Part shown: one piece after another, positions 50,385 through 51,069 of the stretch
How positions within the stretch are numbered: the stretch's first letter is position 1
Layout of the letters: each line of letters opens with the position of its first letter
NCBI GenBank assembly: GCA_964304625.1
Contig: OZ199838.1
Location: 17,048,053 to 17,099,121 of the forward strand
Origin: Kudoa neothunni
Lineage: Eukaryota > Animalia > Cnidaria
Length of the DNA stretch: 51,069 nt
Direction of reading: 5' to 3'
Position numbers and translations under genes: made by a program
The notes under the pieces: generated by a model
Told to the model about the DNA's origin: nothing
The model's database searches: none
What the model saw: only the letters and a program-made list of their open reading frames with translations

Positions 50385-51069
50385 GAAAGGCATTCAATAA
50401 AATTTGTAGTGAAGGGAAAAATTCCATCAATTATCTCATTGAACAGGGCATTCTTGAAGAGCCTATGCCTATTAATTGAAGTAAATGTGGTGGATCAGAT
50501 TTTCGATCCACGGAAAAAATTGGTGTTGTTGTGCAATGTTTTGCCGGAAAGAAGTCTCTATTTTTGACTGTACGATCTTCAAAAATATGAAATTCAAAGT
50601 TAATGATTTCATGGAGTTGGCTTATTATTGGTTAGTGGGTGTAAAAACTCTTAACTTGATCACTATTACTTGCCACTCCTCTCAAACGATCACTAACTAT
50701 TCCCACTATCTTAGACAAATGATGGCCGATAGCTTAGGATTCGAGGAGAAAATACAGTCGTAGAAATTGATGAGACCAAGTTTGGTAAAAATAAAGCATA
50801 AACAAAGGTCATGGTGTTAATGGAGCACGGGTTCTTGGAGGTGTCGAAAGGACACCCGAAAGAAGAGTATTTCTAGTGGAGGTCCCTGGTAGAACTACTG
50901 AAACTTTAATAAAAAGAATAAAAACCTATGGTTAACCAGGCTCAATTATCATCACTGACTGTTCCAAAAGCTACGCCACACTCCATAATTTCTACACTCA
51001 TCTCACTGTTTACCACAGTATAGAATATAGATAGTGTTTCGGGAGATCACACCAATATATTGAGGGCAC
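50385..51069 (+). pseudogene. Merlin transposase remnant running off the window end
   Basis: Zn-ribbon-like Cys pairs, FMELAYYWLV, VEIDETKFGK, VLGGVERT, PGSIIITDC, HLTV.H, HTN.IEG; frameshifted. Confidence 0.88.

Overview
AT-rich eukaryotic (very probably metazoan) genomic DNA with tiny GT-AG introns of about 35-70 nt. A reduced parasite genome such as a myxozoan is a plausible inference but cannot be proven from sequence alone. Host genes are an LCAT/PLA2G15-like secreted lipase (2241-3766), an ADAM metalloprotease-disintegrin that is readable in frame from its signal peptide through the disintegrin domain (10613-13448), a decayed ADAM paralog (25.4-26.3 kb) and a frameshifted, very long signal-peptide + coiled-coil + C-terminal TM surface protein (39751-43663). 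Most of the rest is a transposon graveyard: two piggyBac elements, a MULE with a perfect 9-bp TSD, a DD34E IS630/Tc1-like element, four Merlin (IS1595-like) remnants, a decayed autonomous Helitron with head-to-tail non-autonomous Helitrons, hAT MITEs, a pogo remnant and a Ty3/Gypsy pol. I found no prokaryotic-type system (CRISPR, operons, rRNA or tRNA). The most interesting observations are: (1) the ADAM seems to have deleted its prodomain and lost two disulfide pairs in a coordinated way while keeping the zinc motif, whereas the neighbouring dead paralog keeps prodomain sequence; (2) a 25-bp tandem array built from the piggyBac terminal repeat; (3) Helitron head-to-tail junctions and stacked 3' ends; (4) a mosaic-identity direct repeat flanking the ADAM; (5) the giant orphan surface protein. 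All gene models and alignments were read by eye.
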